Positions 17,186 to 26,396 are shown, counted from the first letter of the stretch. The stretch: DNA of 33,246 nucleotides from Propionibacteriaceae bacterium (GCA_035280525.1 DATEFP010000124.1:1-33246); one strand, 5' to 3'. Notes: generated by a model from the sequence alone, not told the origin. A program made the numbers and translations.

Positions 17186-18679
17186 TTAGAGGGGGATGTT
17201 GGTGTGTGCGCCGCGCTGGCCTGTATCGGCCTCCCGAATCGCGGTGGCCAGGGCTGATCGGGTTGCATCGGGGGCCACAATCTCGTCCACAACTCCGATC
17301 TCAACTGCCTTCTCCACACCCCCGGCTATGCGCTCGTGTTCGGCCGCGAGCTCGGCCTCGACCTGAGGCCGCACGTCGTCGGAGACGTCGGCTAGCTTGC
17401 GGCGGTGCAAGATCCGGACAGCGGCGATCGGGCCCATCACGGCCACCTCGGCACCCGGCCACGCAAAGACCCGTGTGGCGCCCAGAGATCGCGCGTTCAT
17501 GGCAATGTACGCACCGCCGTACGCCTTACGTGTCACCAGCGTGACCCGCGGCACAACTGCTTCGCCGAAGGCGTGCAGCAGCTTCGCGCCGCGGCGTACC
17601 ACCCCATCCCATTCCTGCCCGACACCCGGTAGATAGCCGGGCACATCGACGATCACTACTAGCGGCACCCCGAACGTGTCGCACATCCGTACGAACCTGG
17701 CTGCCTTCTCCGCGCTCAGGGCATCCAGGCACCCTCCCAGCCGCAGCGGGTTGTTGGCGATCACCCCGACTGTGCGCCCGCCGAGACGCCCCAACGCCGT
17801 GGTCACGTTGGGCGCCCACCGGGCATGCAGCTCGACCGTCGAGCCGTCATCGAGCAGGCCATTGATCAGCGGATGAACGTCATAGGCACGCTTTGGGGAC
17901 TCGGGTAACAAGGCAGCAAGATCAACATCGTCAACCGCCAGCGCGGTCTGGCGCTGGTCGGCGAGCAGGGTTGTGAGTGCCCTGCTCTGCTCGATGGCGT
18001 GCGCTTCGTCGTCGGCCACCACATGCACGACACCTGAACGGCGACCGTGCGTGTCTGGCCCGCCGAGCCGCAACATGTCGACATCCTCACCGGTCACCGA
18101 ACGCACCACGTCCGGACCGGTGACGAAGATGCGGCCTTCCGGCGCCAAGATCACCACATCGGTCAGCGCCGGCCCGTACGCCGCACCGCCGGCTGCAAAA
18201 CCCAAGACAATGGAGATCTGTGGGATCTTCCCGGAGGCCTGGGTCATCGCGTGGAAGATCCGACCCACCCCGTGCAGTGAGAGCACACCCTCGGCAAGCC
18301 GAGCGCCACCCGAATGCCAGATCCCCAGAATTGGCACCCGATCACGCATCGCGCGCTCATAAGCTCGCACCACAACGGCGCAGCCGTCCATGCCCATGGC
18401 TCCGCCCATCACGGTCGGGTCTGAGCAGAAGGCAACCACTCGGCAACCATTGATGGTTCCGGTCGCGGCGAGCATTCCGGAGTCGTCATCCTCAGTGATC
18501 AACTCGACCGAACCGGGATCAAGCAGTGCCCGAAGCCGAAGGTGAGGGTTGCGCGGGTCTTGATCACGCGGAAGTTTGATCTTGGTAGCGGGTGCGGGAG
18601 CAGCGTGAGCACCGGCCGCGCGGTGAGCGCGAGCACCGGCGGCTCCGGTCGACCGGGAAGCAGGAGCAGTAGTAGTCAT
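17186..18679 (-). CDS. accD: Acyl-CoA carboxylase carboxyltransferase (beta) subunit, AccD6-like
   Basis: Motifs MGGAMG, SGGARLAEG, GGAAYGPALTD, DVPGYLPG, RKAYGGAY; 4-nt overlap with the fabF stop. Confidence 0.93.
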   Translation of the reverse strand: MTTTAPASRSTGAAGARAHRAAGAHAAPAPATKIKLPRDQDPRNPHLRLRALLDPGSVELITEDDDSGMLAATGTINGCRVVAFCSDPTVMGGAMGMDGCAVVVRAYERAMRDRVPILGIWHSGGARLAEGVLSLHGVGRIFHAMTQASGKIPQISIVLGFAAGGAAYGPALTDVVILAPEGRIFVTGPDVVRSVTGEDVDMLRLGGPDTHGRRSGVVHVVADDEAHAIEQSRALTTLLADQRQTALAVDDVDLAALLPESPKRAYDVHPLINGLLDDGSTVELHARWAPNVTTALGRLGGRTVGVIANNPLRLGGCLDALSAEKAARFVRMCDTFGVPLVVIVDVPGYLPGVGQEWDGVVRRGAKLLHAFGEAVVPRVTLVTRKAYGGAYIAMNARSLGATRVFAWPGAEVAVMGPIAAVRILHRRKLADVSDDVRPQVEAELAAEHERIAGGVEKAVEIGVVDEIVAPDATRSALATAIREADTGQRGAHTNIPL

Positions 18680-19941
18680 TTCAACCCTCCTGTGGCGTAA
18701 GCATTCGTGAAGGCGACAGCTACGTTGTGACCACCGAAGCCAAATGAGTTGTTGATCGCCGCAAGGTCGCCGTTCGGCAGGTCGCGCACCTTAGTGGCGA
18801 TGTCGATACCAAGATCAGGTTCTGGGTTGTCCAGGTTGATCGTGGGCGGCACCTTGCGGTGATAGAGGGCAAGCAGGGTCGCCAGCGACTCCAGCGCCCC
18901 TGCACCACCGAGCAGGTGCCCGGTCATGGATTTGGTTGCTGTGACGATCGCTTCGGTGTGTTCACCAAGTGATTGCCGAATGGAGCCGGCCTCGGTGACA
19001 TCACCTTGAGGGGTAGAGGTGGCGTGCGCGTTTATGTGCACGATGTCGCCAGGAGCAAGATCAGATTCGCGAAGCGCCTTGGTCATGGCCAAGGCCTGAC
19101 TTGCGCCGGTCGGATCCGGCTGCACAAGGTCGTGAGCATCGGCGGTGATGCCGGCCCCAGCGAGTTCGCCGTAGATGCGGGCGCCGCGCGCCTGTGCGTG
19201 CTCCAAGGTCTCGATGACCAACACGGCTGCACCCTCGCCGAGCACGAAACCGTCCCGGTCAACGTCCCACGGCCGCGATGCACGCTCCGGTTCGTCGTTG
19301 CGGCGGCTCATAGCCTGCATCTGGGCGAAGCTGGCGATCGGCAGCGGATGGATGACGCCCTCGGTTCCTCCCACGACGGCGACATCGGCACGGCCGAGGC
19401 GCAGCATGTCAAGGCCGAGAGAGATCGACTCGTTACTCGAGGCGCAGGCCGACACCGGTGTATGTACCCCGGCTCGGGCTCCGAGGCGCAAGCTGACATT
19501 GGCAGCGGAAGCGTTGGCCATCAGCATGGGGATGGCTAGCGGGCTGACACGGCGAGCGCCCTTCTCCTTCTGGATGTCCCAGTTGGCGAGCAGGGTCATC
19601 ATCCCCCCGATGCCGGTGGCGATCGCGACGCCCAAGCGCTCACGGTCGACGGGGTTGTCCTCCCGGAGCCCGTATCCCGCGTCCTGCCAGGCCTCCAAGG
19701 CGGCGACGACCGCCAGTTGGGCGCAGCGGTCGAGGCGGCGGGCCTCGACCCGCTCCAGGATCTCGGCAGGATCGACGGCCGCCTGCGCCGCGATCTTGAC
19801 CGGAAGATCATCTGCCCAGTCGGCTTCGATCGTGTGTACGCCGGACTTGCCGGCCAACAGACCGTCCCACGTTCTGCGGACGTCGCCTCCGAGTGGAGTA
19901 GTGGCTCCGAGTCCGGTGACGACAACGCGGATGCGTGACAT
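18676..19941 (-). CDS. fabF: 3-oxoacyl-ACP synthase II
   Basis: RVVVTGLGATTPLG, catalytic SACAS, NAHATST, KSMTGHLLG, NSFGFGGHN; ATG 19941 follows AGGAG. Confidence 0.96.
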   Translation of the reverse strand: MSRIRVVVTGLGATTPLGGDVRRTWDGLLAGKSGVHTIEADWADDLPVKIAAQAAVDPAEILERVEARRLDRCAQLAVVAALEAWQDAGYGLREDNPVDRERLGVAIATGIGGMMTLLANWDIQKEKGARRVSPLAIPMLMANASAANVSLRLGARAGVHTPVSACASSNESISLGLDMLRLGRADVAVVGGTEGVIHPLPIASFAQMQAMSRRNDEPERASRPWDVDRDGFVLGEGAAVLVIETLEHAQARGARIYGELAGAGITADAHDLVQPDPTGASQALAMTKALRESDLAPGDIVHINAHATSTPQGDVTEAGSIRQSLGEHTEAIVTATKSMTGHLLGGAGALESLATLLALYHRKVPPTINLDNPEPDLGIDIATKVRDLPNGDLAAINNSFGFGGHNVAVAFTNAYATGGLK

Positions 19942-20031
19942 GGCATGACTCCTGCGAAGCGTGTCGAGTGGTTTGGGCTGGTCTTGGGAGCCATCCTTGG
20001 TCGGACGGCCCGACATGATCAGCGGCGGGGA

Positions 20032-20277
20032 TCAGGCGGCAGCACGCTCGATATAGGCGACGGCGTCGCCTACCGTTTTGAGGTTCTTGGCCTCTTCATC
20101 GGGAATGCTGACACCGAACTTTTCTTCGGCCGCGTAGATGATCTCGACCATCGATAGCGAGTCCACGTCAAGATCGTCGGTGAACGACTTGTCCAGCTGG
20201 ACGTCGTCGACTGGCACGCCGGCGACCTCATTGACGATCTCAGCTAGATCTGCGCGGACTTCCTCGGTGGTGGGCAT
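20032..20277 (-). CDS. acpP: Acyl carrier protein
   Basis: DDLDVDSLSMVE phosphopantetheine site; LKTVGDAVAYI; GAAGGAG RBS. Confidence 0.96.
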   Translation of the reverse strand: MPTTEEVRADLAEIVNEVAGVPVDDVQLDKSFTDDLDVDSLSMVEIIYAAEEKFGVSIPDEEAKNLKTVGDAVAYIERAAA

Positions 20278-20325
20278 CAATAGGGCTCCTTCAGTGTTGG
20301 GTGGAATGGTTCCTGTGTCCAGATT

Positions 20326-21351
20326 TCAGGGCAGGATGATCACCTGACCGGCGTAGACCAGGCCGGCGCCGAAGCCAATGATCAGACAGGTCTGCCCGCT
20401 TCGAGCCTCGCCGGACTCCAGCAGAGCCTCGATGGCCAGCGGAATCGAGGCCGCCGACGTATTTCCCTGTCGTGCGATGTCGCGGGCGACGACAACTCGG
20501 CTCGGCAGCTTCAGAGCGCGGAACATGGCGTCGGTTATGCGCATGTTCGCCTGGTGCGGCGCGAAGACGTCCAGGTCTTCGGGGCGTACGCCGGCGGCAT
20601 CCAAGGCTTCAGCGGCAGTCTTGGCCATGGTGTAGGAGGCCCACTTGAAGACCGGATTGCCCTCCATCCTCAGGGTCGGTCGACCCGCCCCGCCTGTAGT
20701 GGACCGATACGACACGGGGTCCAAGGCTAGGGCAGCATCCCAGGGCTGGGTTTGCTGAATCAGCAGCGCCTGGTCGCCGTCAGAGCCCCAGACCACTGGT
20801 CCGATTCCGGGAAGCTCACTCGGGCCGATCACGGCAGCTCCCGCCCCATCTGCGAAGAGGAAGGCCGTGGACCTGTCGGAGTAATTGGTCATGTCGGTGA
20901 GCCGCTCCACACCGATGATCAACACATACTTCGAGGCGCCACTGCGAATGAAGGAGTCAGCCATCGCGGTGCCGTAACAGAACCCAGCGCAGGCGGCTGA
21001 GATGTCGAAGGCCGCGGCGCTCTTCGCTCCCAGCTCGCTAGCAATCGTGGTGGCGACCGCGGGTGTCTGGTAGAGGTGGGTGACAGTCGAGACGATGACG
21101 GTGTCAACCTGGCCGGCTTCGATGCCGGCGCGGTCCAGCGCCTTCCGCGCAGCAGACACTGACATCATCTGGATGGTCTCGTCATCGGACGCCCAGCGGC
21201 GTTCGACGATTCCGGATCGGGTACGGATCCACTCATCGGATGAGTCGATCATCGTGCAGATTTCGGCGTTGTCGACCACTCGACGTGGCCGGTAGCCACC
21301 CACTCCGAGGATGGCGGAGTAATTTGCCCCCCGTGTCACCTTGAGCATCAT
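20326..21351 (-). CDS. fabH: 3-oxoacyl-ACP synthase III
   Basis: [13 protein letters not shown], catalytic [27 protein letters not shown]. Confidence 0.96.
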   Translation of the reverse strand: MMLKVTRGANYSAILGVGGYRPRRVVDNAEICTMIDSSDEWIRTRSGIVERRWASDDETIQMMSVSAARKALDRAGIEAGQVDTVIVSTVTHLYQTPAVATTIASELGAKSAAAFDISAACAGFCYGTAMADSFIRSGASKYVLIIGVERLTDMTNYSDRSTAFLFADGAGAAVIGPSELPGIGPVVWGSDGDQALLIQQTQPWDAALALDPVSYRSTTGGAGRPTLRMEGNPVFKWASYTMAKTAAEALDAAGVRPEDLDVFAPHQANMRITDAMFRALKLPSRVVVARDIARQGNTSAASIPLAIEALLESGEARSGQTCLIIGFGAGLVYAGQVIILP

Positions 21352-22565
21352 CGGGTCACCTCGGTCGCGTCCGCGGATTCGACAATCGGGTGCAAGCGAA
21401 GCAGCGGCTGACCAGGTGATACGGGGTCACCGTCCTCGACAAGCCACTCGACGACGATGCCACCATGTGGCGCGCTGACCGGCACCTCATCGCGGAGGTT
21501 CTTGACCATCCCGACTGTACTGTGGCTAGGCAGGATCGTGTCAGCCTCGATGTCCTCGGTGCGAATGAACTGCCCTTTGCCCGGCGAGACGATGAGTCGC
21601 CATGGCGGATTGCCGGCGATTGGCGAAGCAGAGGCCGCACCGCCGTGCTTTTGCACAAATTCCATGGCTTGTTCCAGCTGGTCCGGCGTATTGAGGGCGA
21701 AGGCCTCCACCTCCTTCAAGTTCCGCTTGGCAATGCCGGTCAACGTGCCGGCGGGCGGCATCTCCAGCAAGCCTGTGACACCCAGGTCACCCATGGCGGC
21801 CATGCAGAGATCCCAACGCACCGGCGCGGCCACCTGGGCCACCAACCGCCTAAGTACCGCCCGACCATCGTGCACTACCTGACCATCGGCATTCGACAGC
21901 AGGCGGGTTCGCGGGTGGTGTGTGGAGATCGCGCGTGCGAGCGCAGCCAGCCGGGCGACGGCTGGCTCCATGTGCACGGTGTGGAATGCCCCAGCGACAC
22001 TGAGCGGCATTAGTCTCGCCCGCGCCGGCGGATCGGCCGCCAGGGCAGCCAACTGCTCCTTGGTGCCTGCGGCGACGAGCTGTCCGCTGCCATTGTTGTT
22101 GGCTGCCGTCAGACCATTGGCCTCGAGAGCGGCGAGCACCTCGTCAGGATCGCCGCCGATGACGGCCGTCATCGAAGTTGGGGTGGCGGCACTGGCTTCG
22201 GCCATCGCTCGGCCACGCTCGCGTACAAAGACCATTGCCTGCTCGGCTGACAAGACCCCGACTCCTGCGGCTGCGGTGACTTCGCCGACCGAGTGACCCG
22301 CAACGACGCCAACCAACGGGTAACCATCGGCCGGATGCGGAAAGAGTTCGAGCGCAGCGAGGAGGCCGGAGGCCACCAGAAGTGGTTGGGCAATTGCAGT
22401 ATCTCGGATGGTCTCGGCGTCGGCTTCGGTTCCGAAATGCCTCAGATCGAGGGCGCAGATCGCCGACAGCCAGTTGAGCCGGTCGGCGAAAGTTGGCAGC
22501 TCAAGCCATGGGCCTAGAAACCCCGGTGTCTGCGCACCCTGACCGGGCGCCACGATCGCAAGCAC
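21348..22565 (-). CDS. fabD: Malonyl-CoA:ACP transacylase with a C-terminal biotinyl/lipoyl-like domain
   Basis: PGQGAQ, AQP, catalytic GHSVGE, GAFHT, PVRW; extra C-terminus [29 protein letters not shown]. Confidence 0.93.
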   Translation of the reverse strand: MLAIVAPGQGAQTPGFLGPWLELPTFADRLNWLSAICALDLRHFGTEADAETIRDTAIAQPLLVASGLLAALELFPHPADGYPLVGVVAGHSVGEVTAAAGVGVLSAEQAMVFVRERGRAMAEASAATPTSMTAVIGGDPDEVLAALEANGLTAANNNGSGQLVAAGTKEQLAALAADPPARARLMPLSVAGAFHTVHMEPAVARLAALARAISTHHPRTRLLSNADGQVVHDGRAVLRRLVAQVAAPVRWDLCMAAMGDLGVTGLLEMPPAGTLTGIAKRNLKEVEAFALNTPDQLEQAMEFVQKHGGAASASPIAGNPPWRLIVSPGKGQFIRTEDIEADTILPSHSTVGMVKNLRDEVPVSAPHGGIVVEWLVEDGDPVSPGQPLLRLHPIVESADATEVTR

Positions 22566-22632
22566 ATATGCACTATTTCTTGGCCCCGACGAAAAGGCCG
22601 TATCGGGACGCCACTAATCTTCCGATGTCCGA

Positions 22633-22649
22633 TTGTCACTTCCCTACAG
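22633..22649. promoter_or_regulatory. Putative FasR/MabR (PucR-family) operator upstream of fabD
   Basis: TTGT-cacttccct-ACAG, an imperfect TTGT-N9-ACAA inverted repeat about 70 nt upstream of fabD. Confidence 0.5.
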
Positions 22650-22661
22650 TTTTGTTGTGGA

Positions 22662-22778
22662 GCTGCTCGCGCAATCGCGCTTGGGATCCGCCGCCGTCGT
22701 CGTCGTTCGCGGAGGAAACAGCGCCTCCGCTCTCTCCTCCTCCGATCGGCGGCGCGCGATTTGCCCGACGCTCGCAGC
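22662..22778 (-). repeat. Family 1 unit B (full length)
   Basis: Stems gctgc/gcagc, gcaatcgcgc/gcgcgatttgc, cgccgccg/cggcggcg, gcggagg/cctccgc; loops tcgc...cgacgctc and tcgtcgtcg...ctcctcc. Confidence 0.8.
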
Positions 22779-22793
22779 AGTTTGTCTGAGCTT

Positions 22794-22912
22794 TGCTGCT
22801 CGCGCATCGCGCGCAAGCAGTCCGACGTCGTCGTCGCTCTTCGCGAACGAAAGGCGTGTTCGCTCATCGCTCCTCCGTGCGTCGGGCGCGCGATTTGCCG
22901 ACGCTCGCAGCA
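22794..22912 (-). repeat. Family 1 unit C (full length, tandem to B)
   Basis: Stems tgctgc/gcagca, gcatcgcgcgc/gcgcgcgatttgc, ccgacg/cgtcgg, gcgaac/gttcgc; same loop motifs as B. Confidence 0.8.
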
Positions 22913-22942
22913 TGCGACCAAATCTGGTCGGGAGCGGGCGCC

Positions 22943-24178
22943 TCAAGCATGTGCTGAGTCCTCTTGGCGGGAACGGGCGAAAAGACGGCCTAGAGTGACC
23001 GCCAGGCGCAGCGCGTACGCATCTCGTGGATCGGTCGGGCTGTAGCCGGTGACCTCTTGGATTCGCCGCAGCCGATAGCGGACGGTGTTGGCGTGAACGA
23101 ACAATGCTCGTGCCGCCGCTTCCACCGAGAGTCCTTGGTCCAAGAAGGTGACGAGTGTCTCCAGCAAGCCTCCGCCAGCAGCTTCCAGGGGTTCGTAGAT
23201 GTCGTGGGCAAGTGCTCGTCGAGCATGACCGTCACCGGACAGCGCGCGTTCGGGCAGCAGGTCGTGCGAGGCCACCGGTCGCGGCGCTTCCGGCCAGCCA
23301 GCGGCGGCGCGGTAGGCCGAGAACGCCTCGCGGCTGCTCGTCGCTGCGTCCATCAAGTGCTCAACCGATGGCCCAACGACGACAGCGCCTGGACCAAACA
23401 GGGTGACGAACTTGCTCACGAGATCGACCGCTCGGTTGGGTGCGTTGAGAGTCGCCCCGCCTAGTAGGACCACCATCCGGTCGCCCTGCACCGCGCCGAG
23501 CATGTCAGTTCCGGCGATGGCGGCGGTATGCCGGATGGCCTCCAAGGCCTGAGCGGGCTCCATGTGGGGGGCGGGCCCGACAATCACAACCACGCCGGTG
23601 GTCGAATGCCAACCCAGGGTCGACGCGCGCGACAGCACGGCCTCGTCTGTTTCGCCGCGCAGCACGGCGTCGACGACGAGAGCCTCCAGCCGCTCGTCCC
23701 AAGCTCCCCGTAACTCAGCTGCCCGAGCGTAGATCTCGGCTGCGGAGAAGGCGACTTCCCGGCTGTACTGGTCGATCGCCGCATGCAGGATTGGACGGTC
23801 GCCTTTCGGCATCAACTCATCGATCTGGTTTTCCACCACCTCGATCGTTGTCCGTACCAGCTCGACCGTTTGGTACAGGGAGATCTTGCGTGCCAGCTCT
23901 CGTGGCGCCGACCCGAAGACCTCCGCCGTGCTTGGCACATGTGGTCCGGGAGCGGCGAACCACTTCACGAAACCATCGATGCCGGCCTGAGCGACCAGCG
24001 TGATCCATGATCTGTGTTCGGCATCCAGCCTGCTAAACCAGAGATGGCGCTTCTCCATCTCTGCGATCGTGGCCGTGGTCATTTTGTCGGTCACGCCAGC
24101 GAGACGTTTCGCAATCGTGGCTCGAGTTTTGGCCGACGGAAGCAGCGACCGACTGATCCCTCGGGTGCTCGCCGCCAT
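22943..24178 (-). CDS. fasR: PucR-family fatty-acid biosynthesis regulator (FasR/MabR-like)
   Basis: Y.REVAFSAAEIYARAAE.RGAWD.RLEALVVDAVLRG; C-terminal HTH AARALFVHANTVRYRLRRI; directly upstream of fabD. Confidence 0.9.
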   Translation of the reverse strand: MAASTRGISRSLLPSAKTRATIAKRLAGVTDKMTTATIAEMEKRHLWFSRLDAEHRSWITLVAQAGIDGFVKWFAAPGPHVPSTAEVFGSAPRELARKISLYQTVELVRTTIEVVENQIDELMPKGDRPILHAAIDQYSREVAFSAAEIYARAAELRGAWDERLEALVVDAVLRGETDEAVLSRASTLGWHSTTGVVVIVGPAPHMEPAQALEAIRHTAAIAGTDMLGAVQGDRMVVLLGGATLNAPNRAVDLVSKFVTLFGPGAVVVGPSVEHLMDAATSSREAFSAYRAAAGWPEAPRPVASHDLLPERALSGDGHARRALAHDIYEPLEAAGGGLLETLVTFLDQGLSVEAAARALFVHANTVRYRLRRIQEVTGYSPTDPRDAYALRLAVTLGRLFARSRQEDSAHA

Positions 24179-24205
24179 AGGCTGACTGTAGTGCCGACCG
24201 CACTA

Positions 24206-24317
24206 TGACAGGCGGTCCGCTTCGCCGACTGCAGGAGCTCGCGACTGAGCTCGGTCATCATCCGGCCGCTTGGGTGCGCGAGCGACGAAGGAGGCGAATC
24301 TGGCGGGCTGCTTGTCA
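24206..24317 (+). repeat. Family 1 unit E (opposite orientation)
   Basis: Stem tgacaggcggtccgc/gcgggctgcttgtca with G-T wobbles, then ttcgcc/ggcgaa; internal loop gactgcaggagc...gcgacgaagga identical to the reverse complement of unit A's. Confidence 0.75.
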
Positions 24318-24332
24318 GAGTGCAATCAATAA

Positions 24333-24380
24333 TTGTCAGCGTCTCAGCGTGCTACGGCCAGCTGAACGTGTGACAAGTCG
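24333..24380 (+). repeat. 48-nt palindrome family 2, copy 2
   Basis: TTGTCAGCGTC-N27-TGACAAGTCG with inner stem tcagc/gctga. Confidence 0.65.
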
Positions 24381-24405
24381 TGAGCGATCGGAGGTCTGTC
24401 GGTCC

Positions 24406-25377
24406 TTGAGTGATCTTGATACACGGCCCGAGGAATACCTATGTGCGGGGCGGCTCGACGGCGGGCCTGAGGAGCTGCTGCTTACGGCTCGTCGGGTCTA
24501 TCTAGGCAAAACCACTGAGGTGGCAAGGGCGCTGCCGGACCGGCAGATCCGGATGATCGGGTCGTGGTGCTTCCTTGATCATTACGGGCCGGAGGACGTG
24601 AGCGGCTCGGCCGGCATGCAGGTCTGGGCGCACCCCCACACCGGCTTGCAGACTGTCAGCTGGCTTTTCGATGGCGAAATCGAGCATCGCGACAGCCTCG
24701 GCTCGCGGGCGATGGTACGGCCGGGCGAGCTCAACATCATGACCGCCGGTCACGGCATCGTGCACAGCGAGATCTCCCAGCCGGATAAGCCGCCGATGCT
24801 GCACGGGGTGCAGCTGTGGGTTGCGTTGCCCGATGCAGTGCGCGACCGCAACCCCGCATTCGAGAGCTACGCCGACCTGCCGGACCTGATTCAACCAGGG
24901 CTTCGTGGGAAGGTCTTGATCGGCGAGGTTGCCGGAGTCAGCTCACCGGCGTTGGCGTACTCGCCGCTTTGTGGCGCGGAGTTAAGCCTTGAGGCCGGCG
25001 CCGACGTCAGCCTTGCGGTCGAAGAAGGCTTTGAATACGGCGTCTTTCTCGTTGCGGGTGGCATTGTCGTGGAATCGACGACGGTTGGAGTCGACCAGCT
25101 GCTCTACCTTGGCGATGGCCGGCGAAACATCCGCCTGCGTAGCCCGTACGGTGGCCGGGCGATCATGCTCGGCGGGCAGCCTTTCACCGAGGAAATGGTG
25201 ATGTGGTGGAACTTCATCGGCCGCAGCCATGAAGAGATCGTGGAATTCCGGTCGGCTTGGGAGCAGCGCGACCCGCGTTTCCCGCCCATCCTCAGCCGCT
25301 CCGAGAAGGTGATGGAGGCGCCGCCAATGCCGACCGTCCAACTTAAGCCGCGTCCGCGGAGGAGCCGGGCCGAGTGA
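24406..25377 (+). CDS. Pirin family protein
   Basis: WCFLDHYGP, HPHTGLQTVSW, EHRDSLG, MTAGHGIVHSE, QLWVALP, WWNF; probable TTG start at 24406 after GGAGG. Confidence 0.93.
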   Translation: MSDLDTRPEEYLCAGRLDGGPEELLLTARRVYLGKTTEVARALPDRQIRMIGSWCFLDHYGPEDVSGSAGMQVWAHPHTGLQTVSWLFDGEIEHRDSLGSRAMVRPGELNIMTAGHGIVHSEISQPDKPPMLHGVQLWVALPDAVRDRNPAFESYADLPDLIQPGLRGKVLIGEVAGVSSPALAYSPLCGAELSLEAGADVSLAVEEGFEYGVFLVAGGIVVESTTVGVDQLLYLGDGRRNIRLRSPYGGRAIMLGGQPFTEEMVMWWNFIGRSHEEIVEFRSAWEQRDPRFPPILSRSEKVMEAPPMPTVQLKPRPRRSRAE

Positions 25378-26390
25378 ACCCGGTGCAGGCCTTGCGGGAG
25401 ATCGGGTTCCTGCTGGAACGCTCGCGCGCCGACACCTATCGAGTACGCGCCTACCGCGGCGCTGCCGATGTCATCTCAAAGCTCAGTGACCAAGAGCGCC
25501 AACAGCATCAACAGGAGGGCACCTGGGCGAAGGTGCCTGGGGTTGGGCCCAAGACGGCGACGGTGATCACGCAGGCCATGAATGGCCAGGTGCCCGACTA
25601 TCTGCAAAAGCTGCGTGATGAGAAGCAGCCGCTTGTCGAGGGTGGTCTGAGCATGCGTGCAGCGCTCAAAGGTGATCTCCACTGTCACTCGTCGTGGTCT
25701 GACGGTGGAAGCCCGCTGGAGGAGATGATGATCACCGCTCAGGAGCTCGGTCACGAATATTGCGCAATTACTGATCACTCGCCGCGGCTCCAAGTGGCGC
25801 GCGGGTTGAGCGCTGGTCGGCTGCGTCAACAGATGGCTGTGGTAGCTGATCTCAATCAGGCCATGGCGCCGTTTCGTTGCCTGCAGGGCATCGAAGTCGA
25901 CATCCTGGAGGACGGCAGTCTTGATCAAGAAGACAAGCTGTTGGCCGAAATGGAGGTAGTGGTCTCGAGCGTCCACTCCAAGCTTCGCTCTGACTCGGAG
26001 ACCATGACACATCGGATGGTCGGCGGGATAGCCAATCCGCGCACCAACATCCTGGGTCACTGCACCGGCCGTCTGATCGAGGGCGAACGGGGCATCCGGC
26101 CGGAGTCGGTCTTCGATGCCGAGGTTGTCTTCGAGGCGTGCCGTACGTTCAACGTCGCCGTCGAGATCAACTCCCGTCCGGAGCGCCGCGACCCGCCAAC
26201 CAGGCTGCTGAAGATAGCTTCCGACATGGGCTGCCTGTTCTCCATAGACACCGACGCCCATGCGCCCGGACAGTTGGAATTCCAGATCTACGGTTGCCAG
26301 CGAGTCGAGGAGCTTGGCCTGGATCCGGCTCGGGTGATCAACACCTGGCCGGTCGATGAGCTACTAGCCTGGTGCGCCGCCCGGAGGTGA
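25374..26390 (+). CDS. PHP domain protein with N-terminal PolX-like helix-hairpin-helix
   Basis: RAYR..A, VPGVGPKT (HhH); DLHCHS..SDG, ITDH, GIEVD, SSVH, LGH, EINS, DTDAH. Confidence 0.9.
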   Translation: MNPVQALREIGFLLERSRADTYRVRAYRGAADVISKLSDQERQQHQQEGTWAKVPGVGPKTATVITQAMNGQVPDYLQKLRDEKQPLVEGGLSMRAALKGDLHCHSSWSDGGSPLEEMMITAQELGHEYCAITDHSPRLQVARGLSAGRLRQQMAVVADLNQAMAPFRCLQGIEVDILEDGSLDQEDKLLAEMEVVVSSVHSKLRSDSETMTHRMVGGIANPRTNILGHCTGRLIEGERGIRPESVFDAEVVFEACRTFNVAVEINSRPERRDPPTRLLKIASDMGCLFSIDTDAHAPGQLEFQIYGCQRVEELGLDPARVINTWPVDELLAWCAARR

Positions 26391-26396
26391 TGACCA

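Noticed and set aside
22662-22912. CRISPR array or riboswitch interpretation of tandem units B and C
   Set aside because: There are no identical repeats with unique spacers and no cas genes. Related units occur in both orientations next to unrelated genes, which argues against a cis-acting riboswitch.
22514-22998. Arg/Ser/Ala-rich ORFs on both strands between fabD and fasR (similarly 11824-12258)
   Set aside because: These are translations of GC-rich palindromic repeats with no protein-like features
17186-24178. Type II polyketide biosynthetic cluster
   Set aside because: No chain-length factor, cyclases or tailoring genes; gene order matches the housekeeping actinobacterial FAS-II locus
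24205-24405. 67-aa N-terminal extension of pirin
   Set aside because: It consists of repeat unit E and the family 2 palindrome; the TTG at 24406 with an upstream GGAGG gives a normal-length pirin
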